Assembly (NCBI GenBank): GCA_902517425.1
Contig: CABYCI010000002.1
Span: 1-60,824, forward strand
Length of the DNA stretch: 60,824 nucleotides
Origin: an uncultured SAR86 cluster bacterium
GTDB lineage: Bacteria > Pseudomonadota > Gammaproteobacteria > Magnimaribacterales > D2472
Direction: 5' to 3'
Shown piece by piece: positions 1-9,443 of this stretch (the stretch's first letter is position 1; the number at the start of each line of letters is the position of its first letter). Under the pieces are notes generated by a model. It had not been told where the DNA came from. It saw nothing but the letters and a program-made list of their open reading frames with translations, and did not search any database. A program made the translations under genes and the position numbers.

Positions 1-444
1 TTCTGTTATTTCAACATCGAATTTAGAATTAACTGCCAGGCCTTGAGCCCAAAATAAAATATCGCTATCAGCCAATGAAAACCAATAACAATCATTTGAT
101 ATTTTTAACATGACTGGATCATTTAAAATTCCACCAAATTGATTAGTGAGTATGATGTATTTGCATTGTCCAACTTGCATCTTAGATAAATCTCTTGGGG
201 TCATCATTTGTACAAATTTTGATGCATCTGGACCTTTTATTTGAACTTGACGCTCAACAGCTACATCGCATAGAACTGCTTCATTTATTAAATTCCAAAA
301 ATTTTGTTCTGGATCTCCAAAATCTCTTGGAATATACATATGATTATAAACAGAAAAATCTCTGGCCCCCCAGCGAACAGTGGCATCAAAAAAAGGACCT
401 CGACGAATTTGTGTTCCAAAACCAAAATCATTTAATTTACTCAT
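1..444 (-). CDS. GcvT-family aminomethyltransferase, DmdA-like (N-terminal 148 aa; gene continues beyond the left edge)
   Basis: Absent from the ORF track because there is no in-window stop. Reverse strand from ATG at 442-444 reads MSKLNDFGFGTQIRRGPFFDATVRWGARDFSVYNHMYIPRDF...VERQVQIKGPDASKFVQMMTPRDLSKMQVGQCKYIILTNQFGGILNDPVMLKISNDCYWFSLADSDILFWAQGLAVNSKFDVEITE, open to base 1. The motifs VYNHM, ERQV.I.GPDA, GG.LNDPV and YW.SLAD match my recollection of DMSP demethylase DmdA and close GcvT-family paralogues. Confidence 0.6.
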   Translation of the reverse strand, partial: MSKLNDFGFGTQIRRGPFFDATVRWGARDFSVYNHMYIPRDFGDPEQNFWNLINEAVLCDVAVERQVQIKGPDASKFVQMMTPRDLSKMQVGQCKYIILTNQFGGILNDPVMLKISNDCYWFSLADSDILFWAQGLAVNSKFDVEITE

Positions 445-487
445 AGTTGCATTATATAATTTATTAAAAATAAAGCCTTATAAAAAA

Positions 488-1237
488 ATGAAAATCATTA
501 AAGCTGATAACTATCAAACTTGGTATATTGAAGAAGATGATCAGGCCATTTTAATTGATCCTTGGTTAAGCAATAAATTAAAACCTGATAATTCATTTTT
601 TATTCAAAGAGAAAAAGAAAATGATATTAGTATTACAAAAGAGCAGATAAATAAAGTAAGGGCTATCATTATTTCAGCTCCATTTGATGATCATCTTCAT
701 TTAGAATCTATTAAAAAGCTATCAGATAAATTGCCAATTTATACCTCTAAAATTGTAAAAAATGTTCTTTCTAAGCAAAACATTATGAATCCAATCTATC
801 TCCTGGATGACACAGGAACAGAAATTTGTTCAATAAAAGTAAAATCTATACCGACGAGTTATCCGTATTTTAGTTCAACATTTTCAATTCTTTTTGAGGA
901 TAAGAAATCTAAAAGAATTTTTCATGAGGGTCATATTGTTAATTTTAACTATTTAGAAATTCATAACATTAAAGCAGATGTTGCAATTTTAACTGCAGAA
1001 GAGGTTAAATTATTTGGTGTGATTACTTTAGGAATGAACTACAGAGATACTTTAAAGGCATGCAGGATATTATCTGCTAATAATCTATTTATTACTGGTT
1101 CAAATCCAGGTAATACCAAAGGCTTTATTAGCAAATTTTTAAAAATTAAGCCCCTAAAAAATAATGAACTTAGAAAGAAATTAAATCTATATCACAAAGC
1201 TGGTGCAACTTTAGATCTAAATAACAGCTTTGATTGA
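488..1237 (+). CDS. MBL-fold metallo-hydrolase family protein (putative)
   Basis: ORF 380..1237. The GTG-initiated first 36 codons overlap the divergent DmdA-like gene, so ATG at 488 (MKIIKADNYQTWYIEEDDQAILIDPW...) is the likely start. AILIDPW and SAPFDDHLHLES resemble the Lactamase_B_3 type fold, with a degenerate HxHxDH motif. Confidence 0.45.
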   Translation: MKIIKADNYQTWYIEEDDQAILIDPWLSNKLKPDNSFFIQREKENDISITKEQINKVRAIIISAPFDDHLHLESIKKLSDKLPIYTSKIVKNVLSKQNIMNPIYLLDDTGTEICSIKVKSIPTSYPYFSSTFSILFEDKKSKRIFHEGHIVNFNYLEIHNIKADVAILTAEEVKLFGVITLGMNYRDTLKACRILSANNLFITGSNPGNTKGFISKFLKIKPLKNNELRKKLNLYHKAGATLDLNNSFD

Positions 1238-2332
1238 ATTTAGGCAATGATCAATATTTTTTTGACAGCTAGAGTGACCCATTAAACCAATTCTCCAAAC
1301 TTTTCCAGCAAGTACTCCAAGACCGGCGCCTATCTCAAGATTATAATTATTTAATAAATTTGATCTTATCTCTGCATCGTTAACGCCCTCGGGAATAAAA
1401 ATAGTATTTAACTGGGGCAATCTATCTTCTTCGTCAACTAAAAATTTTATACCAAGGTTTTCTAATCCATCTCTAAGAAGGATATGATTCTCCTGATGTC
1501 TTTTCCATGAGTTTTCAATACCTTCTTCAGATAGCATTACTAATGCTTCATGAAGACCATAAAGAGCATTTATGGGAGCTGTATGATGATATGATCTTGC
1601 ACCCTCACCCTCCCAATACGACATAATTAAATTTAAGTCATGAAACCAACTTTTAACTTTAGATTTTCTATTTTTTATTTTTTCTTTAGATCTATTGCTA
1701 AAACTAATAGGTGATAATCCTGGTGACGCTGAAAGACATTTTTGTGTACCAGAATAAATTGCATCGATTTCCCACTCATCAACTAACAAAGGAACACCAG
1801 CAAGACCAGTAACAGTATCAACGATAGATAAACACCCGTAATCATGAGCTAATTTGGTTAATGCCTTAGGATCAGATTTGACACCTGTAGATGTTTCAGC
1901 ATGAACAAAAGCAACAATTTTTGCATCTTGATTTACTTTAAGGGCTTCTTCAACTTTATTGATATCAACTTTTTTGCCCCATTCATCATTAACAATAATT
2001 GGTATACCGCCATATCTTTCAACATTTTCTTTCATTCTTTCGCCAAAGAAACCATTTTTACAAATAATTACTTTATCGTTTTCTTCAACTAAATTTGCAA
2101 AACAACACTCCATTCCAGCCATACCTGGAGCTGAAATTGCATAAGTGAGTTCATTTTCAGTTTGAAATGCATACTGAATTAAGCTTTTTACTTCGTCCAT
2201 CATTTTAATGAAAATTGGATCTAAGTGACCTATTGTTGGTCGTGCCATCGCTTCAAGAACTCTAGAGCTAACATCTGAAGGGCCTGGGCCCATTAATGTT
2301 CTGTTGGGAGGTATAAATGATGTACTTTTCAT
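1217..2332 (-). CDS. class V aminotransferase (serine-pyruvate / alanine-glyoxylate aminotransferase type)
   Basis: 371 aa. N-terminal LMGPGPSDVSSRVLEAM and the PLP-lysine motif SGTQKCL are typical of the AGXT/SgaA family. Confidence 0.85.
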   Translation of the reverse strand: MKSTSFIPPNRTLMGPGPSDVSSRVLEAMARPTIGHLDPIFIKMMDEVKSLIQYAFQTENELTYAISAPGMAGMECCFANLVEENDKVIICKNGFFGERMKENVERYGGIPIIVNDEWGKKVDINKVEEALKVNQDAKIVAFVHAETSTGVKSDPKALTKLAHDYGCLSIVDTVTGLAGVPLLVDEWEIDAIYSGTQKCLSASPGLSPISFSNRSKEKIKNRKSKVKSWFHDLNLIMSYWEGEGARSYHHTAPINALYGLHEALVMLSEEGIENSWKRHQENHILLRDGLENLGIKFLVDEEDRLPQLNTIFIPEGVNDAEIRSNLLNNYNLEIGAGLGVLAGKVWRIGLMGHSSCQKNIDHCLNSIKAVI

Positions 2333-2361
2333 ATGAGTAATAATACTAGAAATAAATAAAT

Positions 2362-4041
2362 TTAATAGCCTGAAGCATGCCCATCCTTTCTGCTTTCAGA
2401 GGCACCTATATAAACATTATCTTTAAGCATGATTGCTTGATAACCTCCAAAACCACCTAAATCATATTGAAATTTATGTCCTAATTTTTTTAACTTTGAT
2501 ATCTCCACTTCAGAAATTCCTTTCTCTAGGCTTAAATATCCACCGTCAATCATTTTCTCTCCTGTCGGTTGTGATGACCCAGCATGTCTAATCCTAGGTG
2601 CATCTCCAGCTTCTTGAAGGTTCATTTTGAAGTCAATTAAGTTAATAACTATCTGAGCATGGCCTTGAGGTTGCATAGCTCCACCCATTAAACCAAAACT
2701 AACAAGAGGTATATTATTTTTAGTTATAAAAGCTGGAATGATTGTATGAAATGGCCTTTTGCCTCCAATAAGAGAATTCATATGGTTGGGGTCTAAGCTA
2801 AACATCTCCCCTCTATCTTGAAGCATAAAGCCTAGATCATTTGGTACCATACCAGAGCCCATTCCTCTATAGTTACTTTGAATCAATGAAACCATATTCC
2901 CATACTTATCAGCAACAGTTAGATAAATTGTGTCGCCTTCCTCTAATAATCCTGCATTATATGACTTGGAAGACTTTTTTAAATTTATTAATTGCGATCT
3001 TTCCTTGGCATATTCTTTGGATATCAAAGTTTTTAGTGGGATGTCAGAAAAATTAGGATCTGCATAATATAAAGCTCTATCTTCATAAGCAATTTTTTTT
3101 GCTTCAGTAAAAAGATGAATATATTCAGCTGAACCAAATCCAAGGTCCTTTATATTATAGTTCTCTAATATATTAAGCATTTGCAGTGCAGCTATACCTT
3201 GTCCATTAGGTGGAAGTTCCCAAATATCATATCCTCTGTAGTTTGTTGAGACAGGATCTATCCATTCAGGCTTAAAATTACTTAAATCTTCAAGTGAAAA
3301 ATATCCACCTTGATTATTTATAAAATTAACAATTTCATTTGCTATGGTGCCTTTATAAAAATCTTCTCCATAAGATGAAGCAATTTTTTTATAAGTACTT
3401 GCTAAATTTGGATTTTTAAAAATCTCACCTTTGCTAGGAATTTTTCCATGTGGCATCCATGTTTTTTTAAAATTTGGGTAGTTGATAAAATTTTCACTCG
3501 AGAGTTTTAAGTAATATGCGACAACTTCTGTTACAGGAAAACCTTTTTCAGCATACTCGATAGCATTTTTAAATAATAAGTTAAAATCCATTAATCCAAA
3601 TTTCTTATGCAATTCTATCCAACCAGCTACTGCACCTGGCACTGTGACTGGAAGAGGACCATATGGCGGTATGGCATCTAGACCTTTATTAGTTATTTCC
3701 TTAATTGATATTTTTATTGGTGCTGGGCCTGATGAATTTAAGCCATATAATCTTTTATCATCTGCACTCCAAACTATTGCAAATAAATCACCACCAACGC
3801 CACAGCCTGTAGGCTCTACCAGTCCAAGAACTGCATTTGCAGCAATGGCAGCATCTATAGCGTTTCCACCATTTTTTAAAACTGATATTGCAGTCTGGGT
3901 TGCCAGTGGATGACTTGTTGCAGCCATGCCATTTGATGCAAGGACCTCTGACCTGCTTGCAAAATCCAAACCTGTAATGCGATCGTATCCTACTAAGTTA
4001 AACGATGATAAGAATAATGAAAATAATAAATAATTTTTCAT
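2362..4041 (-). CDS. ggt: gamma-glutamyltransferase (periplasmic, signal peptide)
   Basis: 559 aa. Hydrophobic N-terminus, MAATSHPLAT, CGVGGDLFA, and the autoprocessing region GDTIYLTVADKYGNMVSLIQSNY and MGGAMQPQGH are typical of Ntn-hydrolase GGT. Confidence 0.9.
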   Translation of the reverse strand: MKNYLLFSLFLSSFNLVGYDRITGLDFASRSEVLASNGMAATSHPLATQTAISVLKNGGNAIDAAIAANAVLGLVEPTGCGVGGDLFAIVWSADDKRLYGLNSSGPAPIKISIKEITNKGLDAIPPYGPLPVTVPGAVAGWIELHKKFGLMDFNLLFKNAIEYAEKGFPVTEVVAYYLKLSSENFINYPNFKKTWMPHGKIPSKGEIFKNPNLASTYKKIASSYGEDFYKGTIANEIVNFINNQGGYFSLEDLSNFKPEWIDPVSTNYRGYDIWELPPNGQGIAALQMLNILENYNIKDLGFGSAEYIHLFTEAKKIAYEDRALYYADPNFSDIPLKTLISKEYAKERSQLINLKKSSKSYNAGLLEEGDTIYLTVADKYGNMVSLIQSNYRGMGSGMVPNDLGFMLQDRGEMFSLDPNHMNSLIGGKRPFHTIIPAFITKNNIPLVSFGLMGGAMQPQGHAQIVINLIDFKMNLQEAGDAPRIRHAGSSQPTGEKMIDGGYLSLEKGISEVEISKLKKLGHKFQYDLGGFGGYQAIMLKDNVYIGASESRKDGHASGY

Positions 4042-4083
4042 GCTATTTGTTAATTAAATAATCTAATAATATATACTTTAAAA

Positions 4084-4416
4084 ATGAAGAAGTTAATACT
4101 TTCATTTCTAATTTTATTTCCATTCTACTTAACTGCAGACTTTGATAATAAATGTTCAGTTCTAATAACTTTAAGATTTCAATCTAATGAAGATGCATAC
4201 AAAGATGCATTAAATAAAATACAACAATGTGAAAAATATGACATTCTTTCTGTTACTAGCTTTTTAGAAGCTTCAATAAGCAAGGTCTATGTAACAGATC
4301 TCATACAAAATATGTGCATGTTTAACCATGAAATAGTTACACTTATTGATGATAAAACTTCAAATTTAAGCTGTGTCTATAGAGGCAAAGCCAGAACTGA
4401 AAGAAAATTTAAATAA
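4084..4416 (+). CDS. hypothetical secreted protein (signal peptide, several Cys)
   Basis: 110 aa with N-terminal MKKLILSFLILFPFYLTA. No family recognised. Confidence 0.45.
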   Translation: MKKLILSFLILFPFYLTADFDNKCSVLITLRFQSNEDAYKDALNKIQQCEKYDILSVTSFLEASISKVYVTDLIQNMCMFNHEIVTLIDDKTSNLSCVYRGKARTERKFK

Positions 4417-4418
4417 GT

Positions 4419-4802
4419 CTAACTAACACACAAATTGAGACCCATCATAACTAAAACAACGATTGATGGTATCCATATAGCAGGTCTAATTAATGGAATG
4501 CTATACAAATTAATTACAGCTCCAATTAAGTAAACAATTCTTATTCCAAACCATATTTTAGCAAGCATTAGATTGTCTACATCCATAACAACAGATAAAA
4601 CAGCAAAGGTCATGAATAAGGGCAATGTTTGTCTTAAATTGTCGCTCGCAATAGACATCCTAGATGAAAGATCAGTCATTCCTGAAATATCACCACCTGA
4701 ATAGGTCCAATCTAAAAATGGTACTTTATGAAGTGAAAAACTCATTGTAAAAAATAAATGAGCAATATAAAAAAAACCTACGCAAATTATTAAATCAACC
4801 AT
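4419..4802 (-). CDS. MAPEG-family-like small membrane protein
   Basis: 127 aa with about 4 TM segments. The pattern R..IASDNL.QTLPLF ... FGIRIVYLIG resembles the MAPEG signature (R..A..N..E..P.F ... R..Y). It is the last gene of the TBDR1-sulfotransferase string. Confidence 0.45.
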   Translation of the reverse strand: MVDLIICVGFFYIAHLFFTMSFSLHKVPFLDWTYSGGDISGMTDLSSRMSIASDNLRQTLPLFMTFAVLSVVMDVDNLMLAKIWFGIRIVYLIGAVINLYSIPLIRPAIWIPSIVVLVMMGLNLCVS

Positions 4803-4833
4803 ACTCCTTTCTCCTCTTAAATTTAAATATTAA

Positions 4834-6783
4834 TTAATATTTTAGATTATTTTTTAAATCATCTAAATAGGGCTCATAATTTTTCCAATAATCCATCCCG
4901 CTTGTATAAATTGGTTGGCGGACCTGTTCGGCACTTGGAGTTTTAACTGATCTTTTAGATTTATAAAACTCTAGGCAAGCTTTTTCAAAAGGAAGTTCAC
5001 AGTAGTCCAAAATCTTTTTAACAGATATCTCAAAATTATTTACAACATCTTCATAGTTAATTGATAAAATTTTATTTGGTAAAACCTCATTCCAGTGCTT
5101 CATTAAATCAACATAGCCATTGTAATAACCAGCTAAGTTTTCTAAGTTGTAAGTAAATTCTTGGCCCTCAGCGAATAATTGTTTATAGCAAGAAAAGCAT
5201 GCTGACATAGAATTTCTTCTGATATCAATAATTTTTGCATTAGGAAGAATAAGGGTTATTAAACCAATATGTTTAAAATTATTTGGCATCTTATCAATAA
5301 AATAAATTCCTTTTGATCTAAAAACCTCAGCATCCTTAACATAGTTTTCACCAATAAGTTTTAATTGAGGATCAGATAGACCCAATAATATATCCGGGTA
5401 TCTTGATTCCATATTTTGAATTTGTCTCTTGTTTAATTTTAATGCTGTTGCAATTATATTTGGTAATTCATGTGTAGCATCTACAGAAGAGTGAGATGAA
5501 ATAATTTGTTCTATTAAAGTAGAGCCTACTCTAGGCAACCCTAATATAAAAATTGGTTCTGAAGATTCAAATCCCCAATCTTTTTTAGTTTCAAATAAAT
5601 CTTTGGTGCAAACTTCTTTTTGATTTTGACATTCAATTTCAAAGTCTTTTAAATTAAACATCGATTTTGTATGTTTATAGTCATTCCCTTTTTTATAATG
5701 CTCAAATGATCTTTTAAAATCTTCTTCGTCTTCATATGCCTTAGCTAAGGCGAAATGCATGAAAACTTTTTCGTCATCTGAAACAAATTTATCATTGATC
5801 ATAGATTTAAGAGATTTAATTTCATCTTTTGAAAAGTTATAAGTTTTTAGATTTGCTAAACTCCAATAAGCATCACCAAAGAATCTGTCAACGATATAAG
5901 CTTTCTTATATGAAGAGATTGATTTATTTATGTCACCTGACGTTTTATATAGATGTCCTTTAGACAATAATACATCTGTATTTTTTGGTTCTTTTAATAA
6001 AATCTGATCATATAATTCAAGCGCTTTATCATATTCATCTGTTCTAAATAAAGATGTTGCTAAAACTTTTAATGAATTGATATTCTCAGGATGTGATTTA
6101 TAGAAATCTTTTGCATGATAAAGTGCCTCTCCAAACTTCTGTCTCTTAATTAAAATATTAATGTAATCAAATTTAATTTTGATATTATCTGGATCAAAGA
6201 TTAGACAACTTTCTAATAGAAATTCAGCATCCTCATAAATATATAAATCAGAACCGATTTGTGCAAGTAATCTCATTGCTTCTATATCATGCGGATGATC
6301 TCTTAAAAAATTACGACATAGAAGATCAGCCTTTGCCATTTTCCCTTCATGAATAAAACTGGTAACGGATTTTAATTCAGGCGGTAAATCTTTTAGATAT
6401 TTAATATTTTCCTGTGCAAGCTCAACAAGTCCGTCATTTGATGGATTCATTGCGATTATTCCCAGCCATGATGCTTGTAATGAGGGATTATGTCTTACTG
6501 CCCTGATATAACCTTTAATAGCCTTATTCTTATCATTTAGCTTCATATGAATATGGCCAAATTCTTGGAAGGCTCTACCGTAGGTTGGATCTAGTTCAAT
6601 TAAATGGCTTAGATATGAAAGTGCTTTATCGTACCTTTCAAGATATCTATAACAAACAGAGGTCAAATATAAATATTGTTTCTTTGATAGATTATTAGAA
6701 TTTTGGTTGCATAAGTCTAAAGCTTTATTAAAATCTTTAGATAACATTAGTTGTTCTACTTGTTTAGAGATGGACTCTGTCAT
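4834..6783 (-). CDS. TPR-repeat sulfotransferase (cytoplasmic; N-terminal TPR array of about 400 aa plus C-terminal PAPS-dependent sulfotransferase domain)
   Basis: 649 aa with no signal peptide (MTESISKQVEQL). Repeated A..Y/L..A...P TPR-like helices. 5'-PSB motif GLPRVGSTLIEQ, 3'-PB-like IDIRRNSMSACFS, and C-terminal SAEQVRQPIY. Confidence 0.85.
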   Translation of the reverse strand: MTESISKQVEQLMLSKDFNKALDLCNQNSNNLSKKQYLYLTSVCYRYLERYDKALSYLSHLIELDPTYGRAFQEFGHIHMKLNDKNKAIKGYIRAVRHNPSLQASWLGIIAMNPSNDGLVELAQENIKYLKDLPPELKSVTSFIHEGKMAKADLLCRNFLRDHPHDIEAMRLLAQIGSDLYIYEDAEFLLESCLIFDPDNIKIKFDYINILIKRQKFGEALYHAKDFYKSHPENINSLKVLATSLFRTDEYDKALELYDQILLKEPKNTDVLLSKGHLYKTSGDINKSISSYKKAYIVDRFFGDAYWSLANLKTYNFSKDEIKSLKSMINDKFVSDDEKVFMHFALAKAYEDEEDFKRSFEHYKKGNDYKHTKSMFNLKDFEIECQNQKEVCTKDLFETKKDWGFESSEPIFILGLPRVGSTLIEQIISSHSSVDATHELPNIIATALKLNKRQIQNMESRYPDILLGLSDPQLKLIGENYVKDAEVFRSKGIYFIDKMPNNFKHIGLITLILPNAKIIDIRRNSMSACFSCYKQLFAEGQEFTYNLENLAGYYNGYVDLMKHWNEVLPNKILSINYEDVVNNFEISVKKILDYCELPFEKACLEFYKSKRSVKTPSAEQVRQPIYTSGMDYWKNYEPYLDDLKNNLKY

Positions 6784-6810
6784 ATTGTTTTAATAATAAC
6801 TTATTTAAAT

Positions 6811-6841
6811 AAAAAAAAGGCCAGTAAAACTGGCCTTTTTT
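6811..6841 (-). terminator. GC-rich hairpin plus U-tract after TBDR1 (intrinsic terminator or attenuator)
   Basis: Plus strand reads aaaaaaAAGGCCAG-taaaa-CTGGCCTTtttt. On the minus strand the 8-bp stem is followed by a run of 6-8 T. Confidence 0.7.
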
Positions 6842-6854
6842 AATTATAGATTGA

Positions 6855-9443
6855 TTAGAATCTATGGCTTATCCTAATACCAATATTTCTTGGACGATTA
6901 GTTGATATTCTAGGAATATCATCTTGATCGTTATAGTATAGGTTTGGTCTTTCGTCTGTTGCATTTCTAACAAAGAATTCAACATCAGTTTTATCACTTA
7001 CTGCTACACCATAAGCAAGATCAACAAGTGTATAAGATGGTTGATCTAATGACTTAGCAAGCTCCATTGAACTTGTTGTATCAGATGAGTACTTATATAC
7101 CACTTGAGAATAAGCTTCTTTTCCAGCCAGTTGTGAAGCATGTCTTACTCTAATGTTATATTGCGTTTCTGGTGATAAAGGTAATGAACTTCCAACACCT
7201 GTAATAGCTATTGTTTGTGATAAATCATTGGTTATTTCAGTATCATTTAATGATATTGCACCAGCAATTGTTAATGTATCACTTGGATACCATAATACGT
7301 CAGCTTCAAAACCTGAGATTTCAGCATCAGCTGCGTTCTCAATAAATGTTAATAAACTTATTAAGCCTGGATCGAATTGTGAAACTTGAATTTCACTCCA
7401 ATCTACCCAATATGCAGTTGCATTAAGTCTTAATGCGCCATCTAACATTAATGTCTTGATACCGATTTCTGTATTTACAACTTCATCTGACTCATAAGTT
7501 AATGGAGGTGGAGCTCTGTAGCCAGCTTCATTAGGTGAACCACACCATACTCCACTTGCTCTATAAGAAGCTTCTCTATCGTTACGTGCACACGTATTAA
7601 CAGCCAAGCCACCCCTATTAAATCCACCTGGTCTAAAACCTTCTGACCTTGTGAAATATATTAAAGTATCATCATCTTTTTGATAGCTTACAGTTAGTTT
7701 TGTAATAGTATCATTAAGGTTTAAAGGATCTTTAGTATGACCAACTTTATATGCGCCTAAATTTCTGTGCCACATGTAAAGTGATTCATAGTCTCTACCC
7801 AATGAGTATGAGACTTGTCCCATGTTAGTTCCTCTATAACCAAATTTTGATTGGCCTTTGAAATATATGTCCATATCATATTTTCTTGCGCCAACCATGA
7901 CATCTAACTTATCAGTAACTGGGAATGTAACCTCAGCAAAATAAGCTGTCTGCTCTTCAGTTCTAGAAATATCATTGAAGAATCTAGCTGACTTAGATCT
8001 AGTTTCACAATCAGCTGACCAAGCATTTGGATATGGGTCGTTAGGAGCTCCGCAACCAAATGGTATGTTTACTTGATAATCTCCCCATGTAAGTGATTCA
8101 GGATCTAAAACACCTAGATAGTTATAATCATTTTTTGTTTCTATAACACTTTCATCCATAAAGATACCAGCAGTATATGAGAACGGTAAATCACTAAGTT
8201 CATTGCTTGAAATTCTGAACTCGTGTGTTGTACGTTCATTGTCATCATACAGTTCAACTAAAACAGTCGCTGATCCACATGTTGTATATTCGTATGCATT
8301 ACAAACATAGTAAGGTAAGAAAGCACCAACATTTGCATAACCACTATAGTCAACTTGTTGTTCAGCTATTCTTTCTAAATATGCTCCTGTATAAACTACA
8401 TCTAATTTGCCCATCCTGCCTTCAATTGTTAATGAAGTTTGATCAAATGAATCATCAAGAGTATCAGGTTGGAAACGTTGAACTTTTAAATCACCGACTT
8501 CAGGGTCATAATCAAAAACACCATCAGCCTGAATATCTTGACTCATGTGAGTTACAAGCATTTCCCAATCATCGCCAAATGATGTTGCAGATGAAAGTCT
8601 AAAACCTTCGTATGAAGAATCATTAAAATTATCTTCAACTAATGTACTGTTATCATCAACTGCATAAACTTGCGTTGTGCCACCGTACCATTCTTCAAAG
8701 TAACCTTTTCCTTCAGCACTCCATGTTCCAGGTACGTTATCAATATAACCGCCTGAATGTGTTTTATAGAAGACGCCTCTGACAGACCAGACATCATTTA
8801 TAAGAGGTACGTTTACAAAAGCATCATATGCATAACTTGGATCACCATGAGCGGTTCCAAAATGTTTAATATTTACTCCACCCTCATTTACGTTATATTT
8901 AGGTTTGTTAGTAATAAGTCTGACAGTACCAGCTTGTGAACTAGCACCAAATAGAGTTCCTTGTGGTCCAGGTAAAACCTCGATTCTTTCCATATCAGCT
9001 ACGTATACATCTAAATTCCTTCCAGGAACTTGAATAGGTTGCTCATCTAAATATAGAGCTACGTTTGGTGTAGACCCTTGAGCTGCTGATAAAAATACAT
9101 TAACTGGATCAACAGACATACCCCGTATGTATATAGTTGACTGACCAGGGCCTCTACCACCATTAGTCACATTTGGTAGATACTCAATGTATTCATCGAA
9201 ATTTGATACATTGATTTCTTTTAATGTATCTTCAGTTAAAGCGGTTACAGTAACAGGGATTTTAGAAGCACTTTCATCCTTCTTAGTCGCCGAAACAACA
9301 ACCTCTTCAATAACTCTGTCTTGTGCATCAGCTGTTTGTGGCACTATTGCCGCAACAACACCCAAAACACCTAAAGAAAGCTTATTCGTTATTTTATTTA
9401 ATTGTTCTTTTGTATTAATAAAATTAAACATATGAATCCTCAT
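6855..9443 (-). CDS. TonB-dependent receptor (TBDR1)
   Basis: 862 aa. Signal peptide ...PQTADAQD, TonB-box-like EEVVVSA, plug motifs IYIRGMS and ERIEVLPGPQGTLFGASSQAG, and C-terminal aromatic ...ISHRF. An alternative start is M5 at 9431. Confidence 0.9.
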   Translation of the reverse strand: MRIHMFNFINTKEQLNKITNKLSLGVLGVVAAIVPQTADAQDRVIEEVVVSATKKDESASKIPVTVTALTEDTLKEINVSNFDEYIEYLPNVTNGGRGPGQSTIYIRGMSVDPVNVFLSAAQGSTPNVALYLDEQPIQVPGRNLDVYVADMERIEVLPGPQGTLFGASSQAGTVRLITNKPKYNVNEGGVNIKHFGTAHGDPSYAYDAFVNVPLINDVWSVRGVFYKTHSGGYIDNVPGTWSAEGKGYFEEWYGGTTQVYAVDDNSTLVEDNFNDSSYEGFRLSSATSFGDDWEMLVTHMSQDIQADGVFDYDPEVGDLKVQRFQPDTLDDSFDQTSLTIEGRMGKLDVVYTGAYLERIAEQQVDYSGYANVGAFLPYYVCNAYEYTTCGSATVLVELYDDNERTTHEFRISSNELSDLPFSYTAGIFMDESVIETKNDYNYLGVLDPESLTWGDYQVNIPFGCGAPNDPYPNAWSADCETRSKSARFFNDISRTEEQTAYFAEVTFPVTDKLDVMVGARKYDMDIYFKGQSKFGYRGTNMGQVSYSLGRDYESLYMWHRNLGAYKVGHTKDPLNLNDTITKLTVSYQKDDDTLIYFTRSEGFRPGGFNRGGLAVNTCARNDREASYRASGVWCGSPNEAGYRAPPPLTYESDEVVNTEIGIKTLMLDGALRLNATAYWVDWSEIQVSQFDPGLISLLTFIENAADAEISGFEADVLWYPSDTLTIAGAISLNDTEITNDLSQTIAITGVGSSLPLSPETQYNIRVRHASQLAGKEAYSQVVYKYSSDTTSSMELAKSLDQPSYTLVDLAYGVAVSDKTDVEFFVRNATDERPNLYYNDQDDIPRISTNRPRNIGIRISHRF

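Noticed and set aside
195-487. ORF-track entries 195..446(+) and the first 36 codons (GTG 380..487) of ORF 380..1237(+)
   Set aside because: Both lie antisense to or overlap the much better supported minus-strand DmdA-like gene (1..444). Their products are low-complexity with no motifs. The MBL-fold gene most likely starts at ATG 488.
7153-9435. Plus-strand ORFs 7153..7389, 8225..8602 (125 aa), 8757..8939 and 9187..9435 inside TBDR1
   Set aside because: These are shadow ORFs. They are H/Q/L-rich or low-complexity translations of the receptor gene's complement.
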